Source of the DNA: Candidatus Kerfeldbacteria bacterium
GTDB taxonomy: Bacteria; Patescibacteriota; Patescibacteriia; UBA10025; JAHIVO01
Assembly: GCA_016214565.1 (NCBI GenBank)
Contig: JACROE010000002.1
Location: 37,820-101,819 of the forward strand
Direction of reading: 5' to 3'
Length of the DNA stretch: 64,000 nucleotides
Both the position numbers and the translations under genes were made by a program. Shown piece after piece: positions 1 to 10,279 of the stretch (position 1 is its first letter; the number at the start of each line of letters is the position of its first letter). The notes below the pieces were generated by a model. It did not search any database, was not told the DNA's origin, and worked only from the letters and a program-made list of their open reading frames with translations.

Positions 1-180
1 TCTCCCCCCACGGTAGCCCTACCGCTTCACCGGAAGCCTGCAGCGCGACGGTCGGATAATGCTCAATCAAAGCATCAAACGTCGGAGTCGGCGCATTACG
101 TATGGGATTGCCGGGGCCAACCGGCGCAATGCCGAAGCCATCATACACGATTAAAACTACTGGACGATTCGGTATTTGCA
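1..180 (-). CDS. gpmI: Second 2,3-bisphosphoglycerate-independent phosphoglycerate mutase paralog, N-terminal part only; the gene continues past the window start
   Basis: Reverse-strand ATG at 180-178. The translation MQIPNRPVVLIVYDGFGIAPVGPGNPIRNAPTPTFDALIEHYPTVALQASGEAVGLPWGE matches the iPGM N-terminal motif (LIVxDGxGI ... ASG..VGLP.G). It overlaps the end of the downstream complete gpmI by 24 nt. Confidence 0.6.
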
Positions 181-1728
181 TAAAATATGGTCACTCATTT
201 CAGGAGGACGCGGTATGCCTAGCATATGCAGCATCGTTGGAGCGATGTCGCCAAGCACGCCACGGATAACTTTAGTATTTTTAGGAATACTCTTATGTAC
301 AATAATTAGCGGCACGGGAGATTTTGAATGAGAAGTAATAATCTGCTCGGTCTCGACATCAAACTTTTCGTCAGCATTGCCATGATCCGCCGTCACCATC
401 ATGGTTCCATTATGCTTCAAAATCGACTCGGCCAATCTCCCGATCTGGCTATCGACAAACTCAACGGCGCGGATGCAAGCCGGAAAATCACCCGTATGCC
501 CCACCATATCTGGATTGGCGAAATTCATCACCATAAAATCATGCTTTTGGTATTCAATCGAATCGCAAACAATATCAGTGATTTCCTTCGCGCGCATCTC
601 CGGCTTCGTGCGATACGTGTACGCCACGGGTGATTTGATAATTACGCGATCCTCGCCCCCCACCGGGTGGTCGTATCCACCATTGAAGAAATAGGTAACA
701 TGCGCATATTTTTCACTTTCCGCGACGTACAACTGACGATAATCTTTCAAAACAAAAGGTACGGTATTTTTTAAAGGCTGCAACGTTGGATAGGCTTCGA
801 CGATACTGGGCAAATCAGGGCCAAAGCTGGTCATGGAAACGAATCGAAGATTCTTGAGCACCTTTTTCCGCTTAAATCCGACAAATTTCTTTTGAACAAA
901 AGCTTTAGCTAACTGCCGCACTCGATCCGAACGGACATTAAAAAAAATAACCGCGTCATTATTGTTAATCCGTCCTCCCTTATCATGATTATTTTTGATC
1001 ACCGTCGGCTGGATGTATTCATCGTTCTCATTTCGATTATACGCTTGCATCACGGCTTCTTCAGCTGATTTTGCCTGAAAGCCTTCCCCCATCACGAGTG
1101 CATTATACGCTCGTTCAGTCCGCGACCACTGCTTAATCCGATCCATCGCGTAGAACCGGCCACACACTGAAGCGATTTGATTGCGTCGGCTCAGCGCCGG
1201 CTTAAAACGATCAAGTAGTTTTGTGGCTGAGTACTGGTATGAATCGCGTCCGTCAGTAAATAAATGCAAATATACCTTGATGGACGAACTGACGTGCTCC
1301 AATGATAAATTGAATAACGTAATCAATCCCAACAAATGATCAGGGTCAGCGTGGGGCGACTGATCATCGGTTAAAAGACCCATCAAATGGACGTCTGATT
1401 TATATTTCTTCACATGTTCAACGACATCCAAAAGCGCTCGATTTTTGAAAAAACTTCCATCACTAATGCATCGGGAGACGCGCACCGAATCCTGCTCCAC
1501 GATGCGTCCCGCGCCAATGTTCATATGCCCGGCTTCCGAATTACCCGTTTGCGCCGGCGGCAAACCCACGTCACGACCCGAGGCGCCTAACGTCGTGTTA
1601 GGATAATTTTTCATCAGCTGATCCATGACCGGTGTATGCGCCTGGGCGATGGCATTACCCGCTTTTGCTTTGCGGATGCCCCAACCGTCGATGATGACTA
1701 ATAAAAATGGTTTGATCGGATTTTTCAT
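157..1728 (-). CDS. gpmI: 2,3-bisphosphoglycerate-independent phosphoglycerate mutase
   Basis: 523 aa. Carries the LLVIIDGWGI N-terminal motif, GNSEAGHMNIGAGR, and a C-terminal TADHGNADE...GDIAPTMLHMLGI segment typical of iPGM. Confidence 0.9.
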   Translation of the reverse strand: MKNPIKPFLLVIIDGWGIRKAKAGNAIAQAHTPVMDQLMKNYPNTTLGASGRDVGLPPAQTGNSEAGHMNIGAGRIVEQDSVRVSRCISDGSFFKNRALLDVVEHVKKYKSDVHLMGLLTDDQSPHADPDHLLGLITLFNLSLEHVSSSIKVYLHLFTDGRDSYQYSATKLLDRFKPALSRRNQIASVCGRFYAMDRIKQWSRTERAYNALVMGEGFQAKSAEEAVMQAYNRNENDEYIQPTVIKNNHDKGGRINNNDAVIFFNVRSDRVRQLAKAFVQKKFVGFKRKKVLKNLRFVSMTSFGPDLPSIVEAYPTLQPLKNTVPFVLKDYRQLYVAESEKYAHVTYFFNGGYDHPVGGEDRVIIKSPVAYTYRTKPEMRAKEITDIVCDSIEYQKHDFMVMNFANPDMVGHTGDFPACIRAVEFVDSQIGRLAESILKHNGTMMVTADHGNADEKFDVETEQIITSHSKSPVPLIIVHKSIPKNTKVIRGVLGDIAPTMLHMLGIPRPPEMSDHILCKYRIVQ

Positions 1729-2996
1729 GTGCGCTTCAACTCGTCCTCGATTGCCATTAAACGATTATATTTTGCAGTACGTTCGCCGCGAGCTGGACCA
1801 ACTTTGACATACTCGGCATTCACCGCTACCGCCACATCAATCATGCCGGTATCCTCGGTCTCTCCACCGCCACGATGCGATACGACTTGCCAGAAACCCT
1901 GCGACTGACCCAAACGAATGGTGCGGATTGTTTCCGTGAGGCTCCCAATCTGATTGAGCTTAATCAGTACGGCGTTAATCGTTTTCAGCTTAATTGCTTT
2001 CCGCACTCGTTCGATATTCGTCACCGTCAAATCATCACCCACGATCCGAATCCGATCGTGCATCTCCTGATAAAAAGCCTGCCACCCCTCCCAATCATCT
2101 TCAGCCAGCGGATCTTCGATGGAGAGAATTGGGTACTTATCCACCCAGCCCTTGAAAAGGCCCACCATCTGACTCGATAACAAACCCGCGTTCTCGCGCT
2201 TCAAAATATATTTTTTTTGCTTCTCATCATACAATTCTGACACCGCCGGATCCAGCGACACGGATATATCCTTGCCCGGACGATATCCAGCCTTTTTGAT
2301 CGCTTCGACCAGTACCTCGAGCGGTGCTTCATTCGTCTCGATGCCCGCCGGTGCAAATGCACCTTCATTGCCCACATTCGTATTGAAGCCGCGCGCTTTC
2401 AAAATTTTCTTGACCTGAATATACGCCTCTTCTCCCCAGCGGACTGCCTCACGAACGCTCGGTGCGCCATTGACGCTCAGCAGATACTCCTGAAAATCAG
2501 TGGAGTTATCCGCGTGAACACCGCCCTCGATCACCACCATCATCGGTTTGGGTAATGTCCATTTTTTATACGGCAATTTGTAGGTTGAACGAATGTATTG
2601 ATACAACGGCTGTTTCTTCGATGCGGCGGCTGCACGCGCGACTGCCATGGATACTGCTAAAATCGCGTTGCCCCCCAGTTTCTTCTTATTGGCTGTGCCA
2701 TCAAGCTTAATCATTGCCTCGTCAATTTTTTCTTGGCTGGTAGCTGACATACCTTTTAATTTTTTGGCAATCGGACCATTAACGTTTTCACAAGCTTTCA
2801 GCATGCCGTTGCCGTTATACCGTTTCGGGTCGCCATCAAGCATGACATACGCTTCATGAATACCAGCCGACGCGCCAAATGGCACTGAAGCGCTTCCGGT
2901 AATCCCTCCCTCAAGTTCAACAATCGCCTCCAGGCTCGGCACTCCGCCTGAGGCAAGCACTTCACGCGCTATGATCTTTTTGATTTTTGTCGACAT
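1725..2996 (-). CDS. eno: Enolase (phosphopyruvate hydratase)
   Basis: 423 aa with enolase signatures (SGASTGIHEA-like GASAGIHEAYV, LKAC.NVN, SHRSGETED-like SHRGGGETEDT). Overlaps gpmI by 4 nt, so an operon. Confidence 0.95.
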   Translation of the reverse strand: MSTKIKKIIAREVLASGGVPSLEAIVELEGGITGSASVPFGASAGIHEAYVMLDGDPKRYNGNGMLKACENVNGPIAKKLKGMSATSQEKIDEAMIKLDGTANKKKLGGNAILAVSMAVARAAAASKKQPLYQYIRSTYKLPYKKWTLPKPMMVVIEGGVHADNSTDFQEYLLSVNGAPSVREAVRWGEEAYIQVKKILKARGFNTNVGNEGAFAPAGIETNEAPLEVLVEAIKKAGYRPGKDISVSLDPAVSELYDEKQKKYILKRENAGLLSSQMVGLFKGWVDKYPILSIEDPLAEDDWEGWQAFYQEMHDRIRIVGDDLTVTNIERVRKAIKLKTINAVLIKLNQIGSLTETIRTIRLGQSQGFWQVVSHRGGGETEDTGMIDVAVAVNAEYVKVGPARGERTAKYNRLMAIEDELKRT

Positions 2997-3000
2997 GCGT

Positions 3001-4191
3001 TTATGAGATAATTAATGATTCAATTCCGGGCAAAGTTCCTTTTTCCAAAAATTTAAGCATCGCCCCACCGCCCATGGACATAAAAGTCATGCGCTCACCC
3101 AATCCCTGCTGTTGGATAGAGGCGATCGTCTCACCCCCGCCCACCACGGTGCGGGCCGATGATTTCGCGAGTGCCTGAGCAATGTCATTTGTTCCTGTGG
3201 CAAAGGCCGGCAGCTCAAACCACCCCATCGGCCCATTCCAGACAATGGTTTTCGCCTGGCTGATAACTTTTTGAAATAACTTAACCGTGTCCGGGCCGAT
3301 GTCCAATATTTTTTCATCCTTTTTCAAATTCCCGACAGCTCGAATATGCGTGGGCAATCCTTCGGTAATATCAGTCGCGGTAATCACATCAACCGGGATG
3401 TGCAAACGTGTATCAGTTAAATTCATTGATTTCGCTTCTGCAATCATCTCTTCTTCGATTAACGAGGTACCGACTTGCAAGCCTTGAGCACGAAGGATGG
3501 TGTTGGCCAACGCTCCTCCCAGCAGAATATTATCTACTTTGCCCAAAAGCGATTTGATCACGCCCATTTTTGTAGAAATCTTTGCGCCTCCAATAATTGC
3601 CACAAACGGACGAGTAGGGTTTTCTAAAAGATTGGATAGTTCAGTCACTTCCTTTTCTAGTTCTGGTCCAGCATAGCTCGGTATAAATTTCGGGATTCCA
3701 ATAATTGAAGCGACTTTCCGATGACTCTGGCCAAAGGCGTCATTGACAAACATATCCGCGTACTCTGCCAGTTGCTTGGCATACGCTTCGTCATAAACTT
3801 TCTCCCCCGCTTCTCCAGGATGGAATCGGACATTTTCCAGTAGCGCGACGGCGCCGGGCTGCATGTTGGCAACGGCTTGCTTCACCGGTTCACCGATACA
3901 GTCTGGCACAAAAGCCACTGGTTTGCCCAATAACTCAGTTAGTCGAGCAGCCACCGGCGCCAGGCTCATCTCCGGATTTGGTTTTCCTTCTGGCCGCTGC
4001 AGCCATGACATGAGCAGCACTTTTGCTCCCCGACCGGCCAATAACTGTACCGATGGCACAATAGCGCGGACCCGAGTATCATCTTCGATCACTTTTTTGC
4101 CGTTTTCATTATGAAAATGAACATCCAGCGCCACGCGCAGGATGACCACTTTATTATTAACATCGACGTCGTTGAGTGTACGAAGCTGCAT
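3001..4191 (-). CDS. pgk: Phosphoglycerate kinase
   Basis: 396 aa. N-terminal VILRVALDV...DTRVRA and C-terminal GGGAMLKFLEGK-like motifs (GGGAMLKFLEKGTLPGIESL) are typical of PGK. Confidence 0.95.
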   Translation of the reverse strand: MQLRTLNDVDVNNKVVILRVALDVHFHNENGKKVIEDDTRVRAIVPSVQLLAGRGAKVLLMSWLQRPEGKPNPEMSLAPVAARLTELLGKPVAFVPDCIGEPVKQAVANMQPGAVALLENVRFHPGEAGEKVYDEAYAKQLAEYADMFVNDAFGQSHRKVASIIGIPKFIPSYAGPELEKEVTELSNLLENPTRPFVAIIGGAKISTKMGVIKSLLGKVDNILLGGALANTILRAQGLQVGTSLIEEEMIAEAKSMNLTDTRLHIPVDVITATDITEGLPTHIRAVGNLKKDEKILDIGPDTVKLFQKVISQAKTIVWNGPMGWFELPAFATGTNDIAQALAKSSARTVVGGGETIASIQQQGLGERMTFMSMGGGAMLKFLEKGTLPGIESLIIS

Positions 4192-4217
4192 AGGTGATTT
4201 TTGTTTGTATGTTTTAC

Positions 4218-4246
4218 ATTATAACACATTTTTCGACAATAATCAA
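4218..4246 (-). promoter_or_regulatory. Sigma70-type promoter for the pgk-eno-gpmI operon
   Basis: Read on the minus strand: TTGATT, a 17-nt spacer, then TATAAT preceded by TGT (extended -10). It lies 27 nt upstream of the pgk start. Confidence 0.5.
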
Positions 4247-4269
4247 CCCTATATTAATAATCGTTAGGG

Positions 4270-4294
4270 TGTCCTGAATGTAGCGAAGAATCTC
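4270..4294 (+). repeat. Partial solo copy of the dispersed 28-nt repeat family, ending in ...agcgaagaatctc
   Basis: gtcctgaatgtagcgaagaatctcg matches the 3' half of the motif found at 16086-16113, and in reverse complement at 16173-16220 and 11297-11317. Confidence 0.35.
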
Positions 4295-4312
4295 GTTTTT
4301 TACTAATCCGAT

Positions 4313-7213
4313 CTATTCTTGAGCCGGCAAAGATGACGATGCTTCATCATCTGCCAATTTCTTCACCGCCTCCTCCATCCCCTCATGGTAAATCGGTATA
4401 CGCACGTGGAATGTAGAGCCCTTGCCTATTCCTTCTGAATCAACCCAAATTCTACCGCTGTGAGCTTCGGTTAAACGACGTGCCACATACAGCCCAAGGC
4501 CTGAACCGTCGGGGTTCACCTGAGCTATCCCGAATCCACGGACAAATTTAGTAAATAATTTTTTAGCTTCCTCGGGATCAATGCCGCGGCCAGTATCATG
4601 AACCGTTGTCTCAATAAATGCGCCGTCAAGTTTTTGAGCCACCGTAACGCTTCCTTTGTCAGTATACTTTATTGCGTTATCAACCAAGTTCATGATGACG
4701 TCGCCTAATTTATCAGCATCGGCAAATACGGGCGGTAATTTTTCTTTTTGCGACTTGTAAATTAATTTCAAACCTTTGTCAGTCGCCGCTTTCTTGGAAA
4801 TATTTACAACCTTTTCTATCAATCCTTCCATCTGCATCGGTACTTGGTTGAGAGTCATCTTGCCAGACTCAATCTTGGACACGTTAAGGAAAAGATTGAT
4901 CAACCGAATCATGCGCTGTGATTCTTCGAGCAAGCCCTGAAGGATCTTCAGCTGTTCGTTTGGCACTTTACCAAAGTCGCCTTGAGTAATCATGGAAAGA
5001 TATCCCATAATGCCAGTCATCGGCGTACGCAATTGGTGTGAAGCTATCGAAACAAATTCCGACTTTGCCTGATCGAGCTGCTGCAAATGGACGTTTGCTT
5101 CAGCCAGATGGACGTTTGATTCCTCAATTTGTTTATATAACTGAATATTGCGATAGACGATGCCGGTCTGACTAGCCAATGCTTTCATGGCATCGAGATC
5201 GGTCGCTTTCAATTCCCCGTGTTCTTGCTGAAGCATAAAATTAATAACACCCACAATAACATTTTCCGCATACACCGGCACTCCCACGACCGTCTTAATC
5301 CCCGCTAATTTCTGCATGCCAAATGCGACCAAGGGTGGCACCGCGGGTGAAATAAAGTCTGACAGTTTTTCGCTGATTTGGACTTTCCCGGTACTAATCG
5401 CTTTTACCGAATAACTGTCATCTTCGGGGAAATATCCATAATACGAATTCAACGGCTTGGGCAATAGCTTGAGCGCTTTCTCGGTCAATGGAGTCCGGGT
5501 GACGGCTTCAGGAAATAATTTATGCCGGTCTTTACCCAGCAATAATAATACACCGCCCAAGTAGCCCAGCTCTGAGGCAATGCTGTCCACAACTGATTGG
5601 GTGACTTTTGCAAAATCAAGAGTGCGGGAAATAAGCGTCGTCACCTTTTGTAATGCTTGGAGGAACCGATTCCGCTCTTGCAGCTGCATATTCGCATTGC
5701 GCAAATCGCCCGTCGCTACCGCCACCTCTTTTTTCAAACGCTCAGTAAATTGCTGCGCCTCTTCATACAGCCGCGATTTCTCAAGTGCGGAGGCAAGTTG
5801 CGGACCGATCAGGCTCAATACATTCAGGTCTTCACTGCCAAATGGATCTCCGGATAATTTCGGTCCCAGCACCATGACTGCATTAATGGTATTCCCGACG
5901 GTCACTGGTGCGACGACGGCCGCGTCAAGCGTGTCGAGTGAAGCTTTTGATGATTCTAATATTTTTCTCGATTCTTCGTCTTGGGTATCTTCGATCTTTC
6001 GCTCCAGCGCCTCGAGCACAATAATATCTTGCTTTGAACGCAAATATTTAATCAATGGATTGTCATGCCGTATCCGATTGGCAATGTCGGTTTTTTCTTC
6101 TTCAGTCAGTTGTTCAAACACTTGGTCGCTCACCTTATGGCCACCCTTGTCCACTCGGCCAATGCGTTTGTAGAATGCTCCGCCCGTAGAACCAGCTAAA
6201 TAAATGCTCACATTTTTTATCTTCAGGTCTTTCTCTAATCTATGCGTCAAGGAAAAAAGCAAAATGTCCAAATCAATTTCCCGATTAATAATCTCCGACA
6301 GCTCGCTGGAAAGTTTTTGGTAATCCACGCGGGCTTTGAAGAAAAGTTTATCTGTGGCGCTTGCAATCCATCGTTTAAGTGGATCTAGAATTGAAACTAT
6401 AACCCCCGCAATAGTAACGGCGGCAAGTGCTTTTATACTATCATCAACTTTCAAATACTCGGGAATGAAAATTATTACACCCACAACTGTTGCCGATACA
6501 ATTATTACAACAATGGAATAAGTTACAGTTCTTAATACAAATATTCTTATATCTAAAAGCTTATGTTTTAATATTGCGTAAACAATAAATATTAGCCAAA
6601 TAATTGAAAAAGAGGGTCCAATTTGAATTAATTTATAATTACCAATCCAAGGTAAAATTAAATTAAACGTAACCCCAAGAATGCCTGACATTAGGGTGCC
6701 AATGAGTAAATATTTAAATTGTAACTTTAGTATACCCCGAGCTCTTTGATAGTTTCGGAAAAGGTTAAAAAATAGCAACAAAAAGTATATTATAAACCAC
6801 ACCCCAAAAAAATGGTACGCTGGACCTAAAGTAACAATATTTGGTTCCGAAATTGTTACTTTTTCTATGAATATCTTAGTTGGAATGATTAATAAAAAAA
6901 TTACAAATGGAAGAAATGAGATAATTTGCAAGCTTCTTGAAAATTTACTGTGCCGATACGGAAATAAATAAGAAAACTGAAATAAAGTTGTAGCAATTAC
7001 CCCAGCCGAAATATAGTAAATAACTACCCAAATTTTTGCTGTAATAACATCACTCGATATTCTAAACATAGCTATGCCGAAAACCCATCCAATAATTCCG
7101 ACCACATAAAAAAGAAAAACTTTATTCTTTAAAGTCTTACTTTTCCTATAAACAAGAAGTAGTAATAAAACCAATTCTAATATGGCCTCAGAGATGAGAA
7201 TGACATTAAACAT
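4313..7213 (-). CDS. Sensor histidine kinase: N-terminal 7TM receptor module, two GAF domains with a coiled coil, HisKA and HATPase_c
   Basis: 966 aa. About 7 hydrophobic helices in the first 250 aa. H-box SHQLRTPMTGIMGYLSMI. HATPase motifs NLVDNAIKYT, HDTGRGI, GSGLGL. No receiver domain. Confidence 0.85.
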   Translation of the reverse strand: MFNVILISEAILELVLLLLLVYRKSKTLKNKVFLFYVVGIIGWVFGIAMFRISSDVITAKIWVVIYYISAGVIATTLFQFSYLFPYRHSKFSRSLQIISFLPFVIFLLIIPTKIFIEKVTISEPNIVTLGPAYHFFGVWFIIYFLLLFFNLFRNYQRARGILKLQFKYLLIGTLMSGILGVTFNLILPWIGNYKLIQIGPSFSIIWLIFIVYAILKHKLLDIRIFVLRTVTYSIVVIIVSATVVGVIIFIPEYLKVDDSIKALAAVTIAGVIVSILDPLKRWIASATDKLFFKARVDYQKLSSELSEIINREIDLDILLFSLTHRLEKDLKIKNVSIYLAGSTGGAFYKRIGRVDKGGHKVSDQVFEQLTEEEKTDIANRIRHDNPLIKYLRSKQDIIVLEALERKIEDTQDEESRKILESSKASLDTLDAAVVAPVTVGNTINAVMVLGPKLSGDPFGSEDLNVLSLIGPQLASALEKSRLYEEAQQFTERLKKEVAVATGDLRNANMQLQERNRFLQALQKVTTLISRTLDFAKVTQSVVDSIASELGYLGGVLLLLGKDRHKLFPEAVTRTPLTEKALKLLPKPLNSYYGYFPEDDSYSVKAISTGKVQISEKLSDFISPAVPPLVAFGMQKLAGIKTVVGVPVYAENVIVGVINFMLQQEHGELKATDLDAMKALASQTGIVYRNIQLYKQIEESNVHLAEANVHLQQLDQAKSEFVSIASHQLRTPMTGIMGYLSMITQGDFGKVPNEQLKILQGLLEESQRMIRLINLFLNVSKIESGKMTLNQVPMQMEGLIEKVVNISKKAATDKGLKLIYKSQKEKLPPVFADADKLGDVIMNLVDNAIKYTDKGSVTVAQKLDGAFIETTVHDTGRGIDPEEAKKLFTKFVRGFGIAQVNPDGSGLGLYVARRLTEAHSGRIWVDSEGIGKGSTFHVRIPIYHEGMEEAVKKLADDEASSSLPAQE

Positions 7214-7214
7214 T

Positions 7215-8096
7215 TTATTTTTTTATTAACAATGCAATCCCATGAACTAACAATGGTTCATAAATTATTTCCAAACTTTCAAATTTTGTATTACACAAAA
7301 CTTTATAAAAATCCTTTGGATAACGATGAATCATCTGCCATTTAACTGTTTTGGAAATAAATCTTTCCTCAATATTTTTATTAATATTACCAGTAATCAG
7401 AATTGAACCATGATCTAAAACATCGTACAAACTATTTATCACCCTAACCACTCTTTCATCCTTAAAATAATCTAATATACCCACCATCTCAATAATATTT
7501 GGATTAAAACTCTTAATAATTGAGTAGGAATCCTCAATTTTTATATTATGCTGCGAGATCAAATAATCAATTTTAAACTGGTGAGCCAATTCTTTACTGT
7601 AATTTATAGCATTCAAATCTTGGTCAATTAGCTTGGCATGAATATTTTTTTTGTCCTTTTTAATTTCAGCAATTGTCTCTACAACACCTCTTGCAGAGCC
7701 GCACCCCAAGCTCAAAATTCTCGTTTCATCTTGACCATTACGATTTATTGCATCAGTTAAAAGTTTTTTGAAAAGTTTTAATCGATTTCTTAACGCTTTT
7801 GGATTTTTTTGATTTAACCATAGATAATCAAAAAATCGTGTATTGAGAATATTTCTACTTTTCTGGTGAAAAGTATACATTTCCTCTAAAGCACGATACT
7901 GAGTTGAATTTGCTTTAATAATTTCAGCTTTTTTACTCGCAACTAATAACCTATGACTAATACTATACGGAATTATGGTTGAAAATGATATCCAAAAAAA
8001 ATTTAAAACTTTTGATACTGGCGTCATTACTTCATACTCTTCACTAATATCAACTTTATAATAATTTTGTATAACTAATTTGTCTTTATTTTCCAT
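7215..8096 (-). CDS. Class I SAM-dependent methyltransferase-like protein
   Basis: 293 aa. Motif I LSLGCGSARG, an acidic motif-II end KLIDQD, and a later GSILITGN. AT-rich gene, translationally coupled to the kinase gene with a 1-nt gap. Confidence 0.5.
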   Translation of the reverse strand: MENKDKLVIQNYYKVDISEEYEVMTPVSKVLNFFWISFSTIIPYSISHRLLVASKKAEIIKANSTQYRALEEMYTFHQKSRNILNTRFFDYLWLNQKNPKALRNRLKLFKKLLTDAINRNGQDETRILSLGCGSARGVVETIAEIKKDKKNIHAKLIDQDLNAINYSKELAHQFKIDYLISQHNIKIEDSYSIIKSFNPNIIEMVGILDYFKDERVVRVINSLYDVLDHGSILITGNINKNIEERFISKTVKWQMIHRYPKDFYKVLCNTKFESLEIIYEPLLVHGIALLIKK

Positions 8097-8181
8097 TTAT
8101 TTAATTTTATTAAATAGATATTTGACTCTACCATACCACAAAATCGTCTTTTTTTCAATATTGCCCCATTTATTAAAGATT

Positions 8182-8868
8182 TTATGTATGTTTTTTTAGA
8201 TGAATATATGTTGAAAAACCAACCCATAATATTGATACTTCTGGCCCAAAGGCGCTCTCAAATATTTCCCATTCTGAATATCCTAACCAAGGAATAATGA
8301 TATTAGTCACGACGATAATACCTCCAGCAAGAATAACGCTAACCATGAAATACTTAAGTTGCCATCTATAAATTCCGTCAGATTCTCTAAATTTTCGATA
8401 CAAAGATACCACTGCCCACAGTAAGTATCCAAAAATTAAGGTATTGTACAAACCGTATGATGGCCCTTGCTCATTTGAACGCCACGCGGTCATTTGTGTT
8501 TTTTCAACAACTGGTGCATATGGTGATAAAATCAAAAAGGTAAAAACGATTATTGGCAAAATAATGACTACCCAATTCCATAGTTTGATTGGTTGTGATT
8601 TATACGGCCATATCCATACTAGAAAAAGCAATGTAGTAACGATTAAGACACCCCCTATCCATGGAAAGTAGCCGATAATTATAACCGCTTTTTTTGCGGA
8701 TACTAAAATATCCAATCCTAATGACCCAACCCATATTGCGACACTTAAAGCAAACATGGCATACCACCGCCTCACCTGACTTTTAATATCTCCAAGCAGC
8801 GTGTACATTGCTAGCGCAATTTCTACACCAGCAATTATTAATAGAATGATTGCGTGAGTATGAGACAT
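8182..8868 (-). CDS. 7TM receptor-module-only membrane protein, paralogous to the N-terminus of the kinase
   Basis: 228 aa with 6-7 TM helices. Shares the motif RWQLKYF...NIIIPWLG with the kinase (KLQFKYL...NLILPWIG) and with the 465-aa neighbour. Confidence 0.55.
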   Translation of the reverse strand: MSHTHAIILLIIAGVEIALAMYTLLGDIKSQVRRWYAMFALSVAIWVGSLGLDILVSAKKAVIIIGYFPWIGGVLIVTTLLFLVWIWPYKSQPIKLWNWVVIILPIIVFTFLILSPYAPVVEKTQMTAWRSNEQGPSYGLYNTLIFGYLLWAVVSLYRKFRESDGIYRWQLKYFMVSVILAGGIIVVTNIIIPWLGYSEWEIFESAFGPEVSILWVGFSTYIHLKKHT

Positions 8869-8879
8869 ATATTTCCTTT

Positions 8880-10277
8880 TTATTTCCTACCAATCCGCTC
8901 CATAGCCTGTTTATACATGAGGGCATTGGCAATCGCACTGGTCATGTGAGGCTGTAGTTCCTTAATGTATTTGATATTATCCTCGGTAAAAGCCGCCGAT
9001 CGTGCTTTCTGCCCAAAAAGAAATAATCCAAAAAGTTCACCTGGCTCCCCGATGGGTACAACCATACTAATGCCCGCCTGCTGCAATTCCGGTTGAATTT
9101 TCTGCAGCTGCTCTCGTTCATCAGCACCGACCTCCTCCATTCGATAGGGTATTTCTTCAGTTACCAAAATTTCCGGTTTATGAGTTAAATACGCATACCC
9201 CGCACCTTCAATATCCAGCTGTGGATCTAATTTTCTCGCAGCCGTCATTTTTTGGGCAGCCAAATCGCGGTACATAAAATTACTCTGCTTTACACTCAAA
9301 AACGATTCCAGAGCCGATAGTGACTTCTCAATCAACGTCTCAAACTGAACGGTTGAGCCAAATAACAATTGTAAACGATTCACTTTCTCTTGGGCATTCT
9401 TCTCGCGAGAAATAAAAACCGTATGTACTAACTTGGTAGTGATTCTCCGTAGGGGCTCAAAGGTTGTGGCAATAATGAGTACAAGAACAATCGTCGTCGC
9501 TTGTTCAGACCAATTATATTCCTGAGAGACAAAATCTCTAGAGAGTAAAAGCAAATACACATAAAAAGCAAGAAGTGCGGCCAGGGAAATAAAGTGTGTC
9601 AACCCTTCTTTAATTACTAACTGGATGTCGAAAAACCGATACCGAAAAATTGCATACGAAATTGCCAGGGCAAAAACAAGTGTTGACAGCATGTCAAAAC
9701 TTGAAAACTGGGTGTATGAAAAGTACGGGAGGATAAAATCAACCAATATGACAAAAATTGCTGGGACAGTAAAACCAAGAAAAATATACTTTGTCTGCAA
9801 TCGAACAATCCCCGTTGTATTACGTAGGTGCTTCAAAAGCACTCCAATGAGTACCAATAGCTGCGCGGTAACCAAAATTGCAAAAAATAGAAAGAATCTT
9901 CCAATGCCGATTTCAAACCCATAATCTTTAACTACAATATTCTGTAAAATGACTGCATCAGGTATCAACGAAGAAATAAAAACACTTGCCACAATAATAA
10001 AGAAACAGACTTTCTGAATTATGCTCAGATGGATTTTGGCATAGCTCAAAACCCATAAAAAAATCGACGATACAACCAGGCTTCCTGCCGCGTAAGAGAA
10101 ATTAACAAACGGATATTCTGGCTTCATGAAATATTGTAGATTGACCAGATTCCAAATTGTAATGACAAAAACCACGAATGAAAATTGGCGCTGAATATTA
10201 TTTTTTGACTTAACAAAAAGGAATGTTCCTAGAAATAAATTACATAATGCCGCTAAAAAAATTAGTGATTGCGCCAT
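8880..10277 (-). CDS. Membrane sensor: 7TM receptor module plus a C-terminal GAF-like domain, with no output domain
   Basis: 465 aa. 7 TM helices with RLQTKYIF...DFILPYFS. The C-terminal roughly 170 aa have a GAF-like pattern (GYAYL...ISMVVPIGEPGELFGLFLFGQK). Confidence 0.55.
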   Translation of the reverse strand: MAQSLIFLAALCNLFLGTFLFVKSKNNIQRQFSFVVFVITIWNLVNLQYFMKPEYPFVNFSYAAGSLVVSSIFLWVLSYAKIHLSIIQKVCFFIIVASVFISSLIPDAVILQNIVVKDYGFEIGIGRFFLFFAILVTAQLLVLIGVLLKHLRNTTGIVRLQTKYIFLGFTVPAIFVILVDFILPYFSYTQFSSFDMLSTLVFALAISYAIFRYRFFDIQLVIKEGLTHFISLAALLAFYVYLLLLSRDFVSQEYNWSEQATTIVLVLIIATTFEPLRRITTKLVHTVFISREKNAQEKVNRLQLLFGSTVQFETLIEKSLSALESFLSVKQSNFMYRDLAAQKMTAARKLDPQLDIEGAGYAYLTHKPEILVTEEIPYRMEEVGADEREQLQKIQPELQQAGISMVVPIGEPGELFGLFLFGQKARSAAFTEDNIKYIKELQPHMTSAIANALMYKQAMERIGRK

Positions 10278-10279
10278 AC

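Noticed and set aside
5580-6173. A 197-aa plus-strand ORF inside the histidine kinase gene, and similar antisense ORFs at 16278-16712, 20354-20857, 32000-32512, 46371-46972 and 62258-63243.
   Set aside because: These are Ser/Arg-rich or low-complexity translations lying antisense to well-supported genes. They are typical shadow ORFs.
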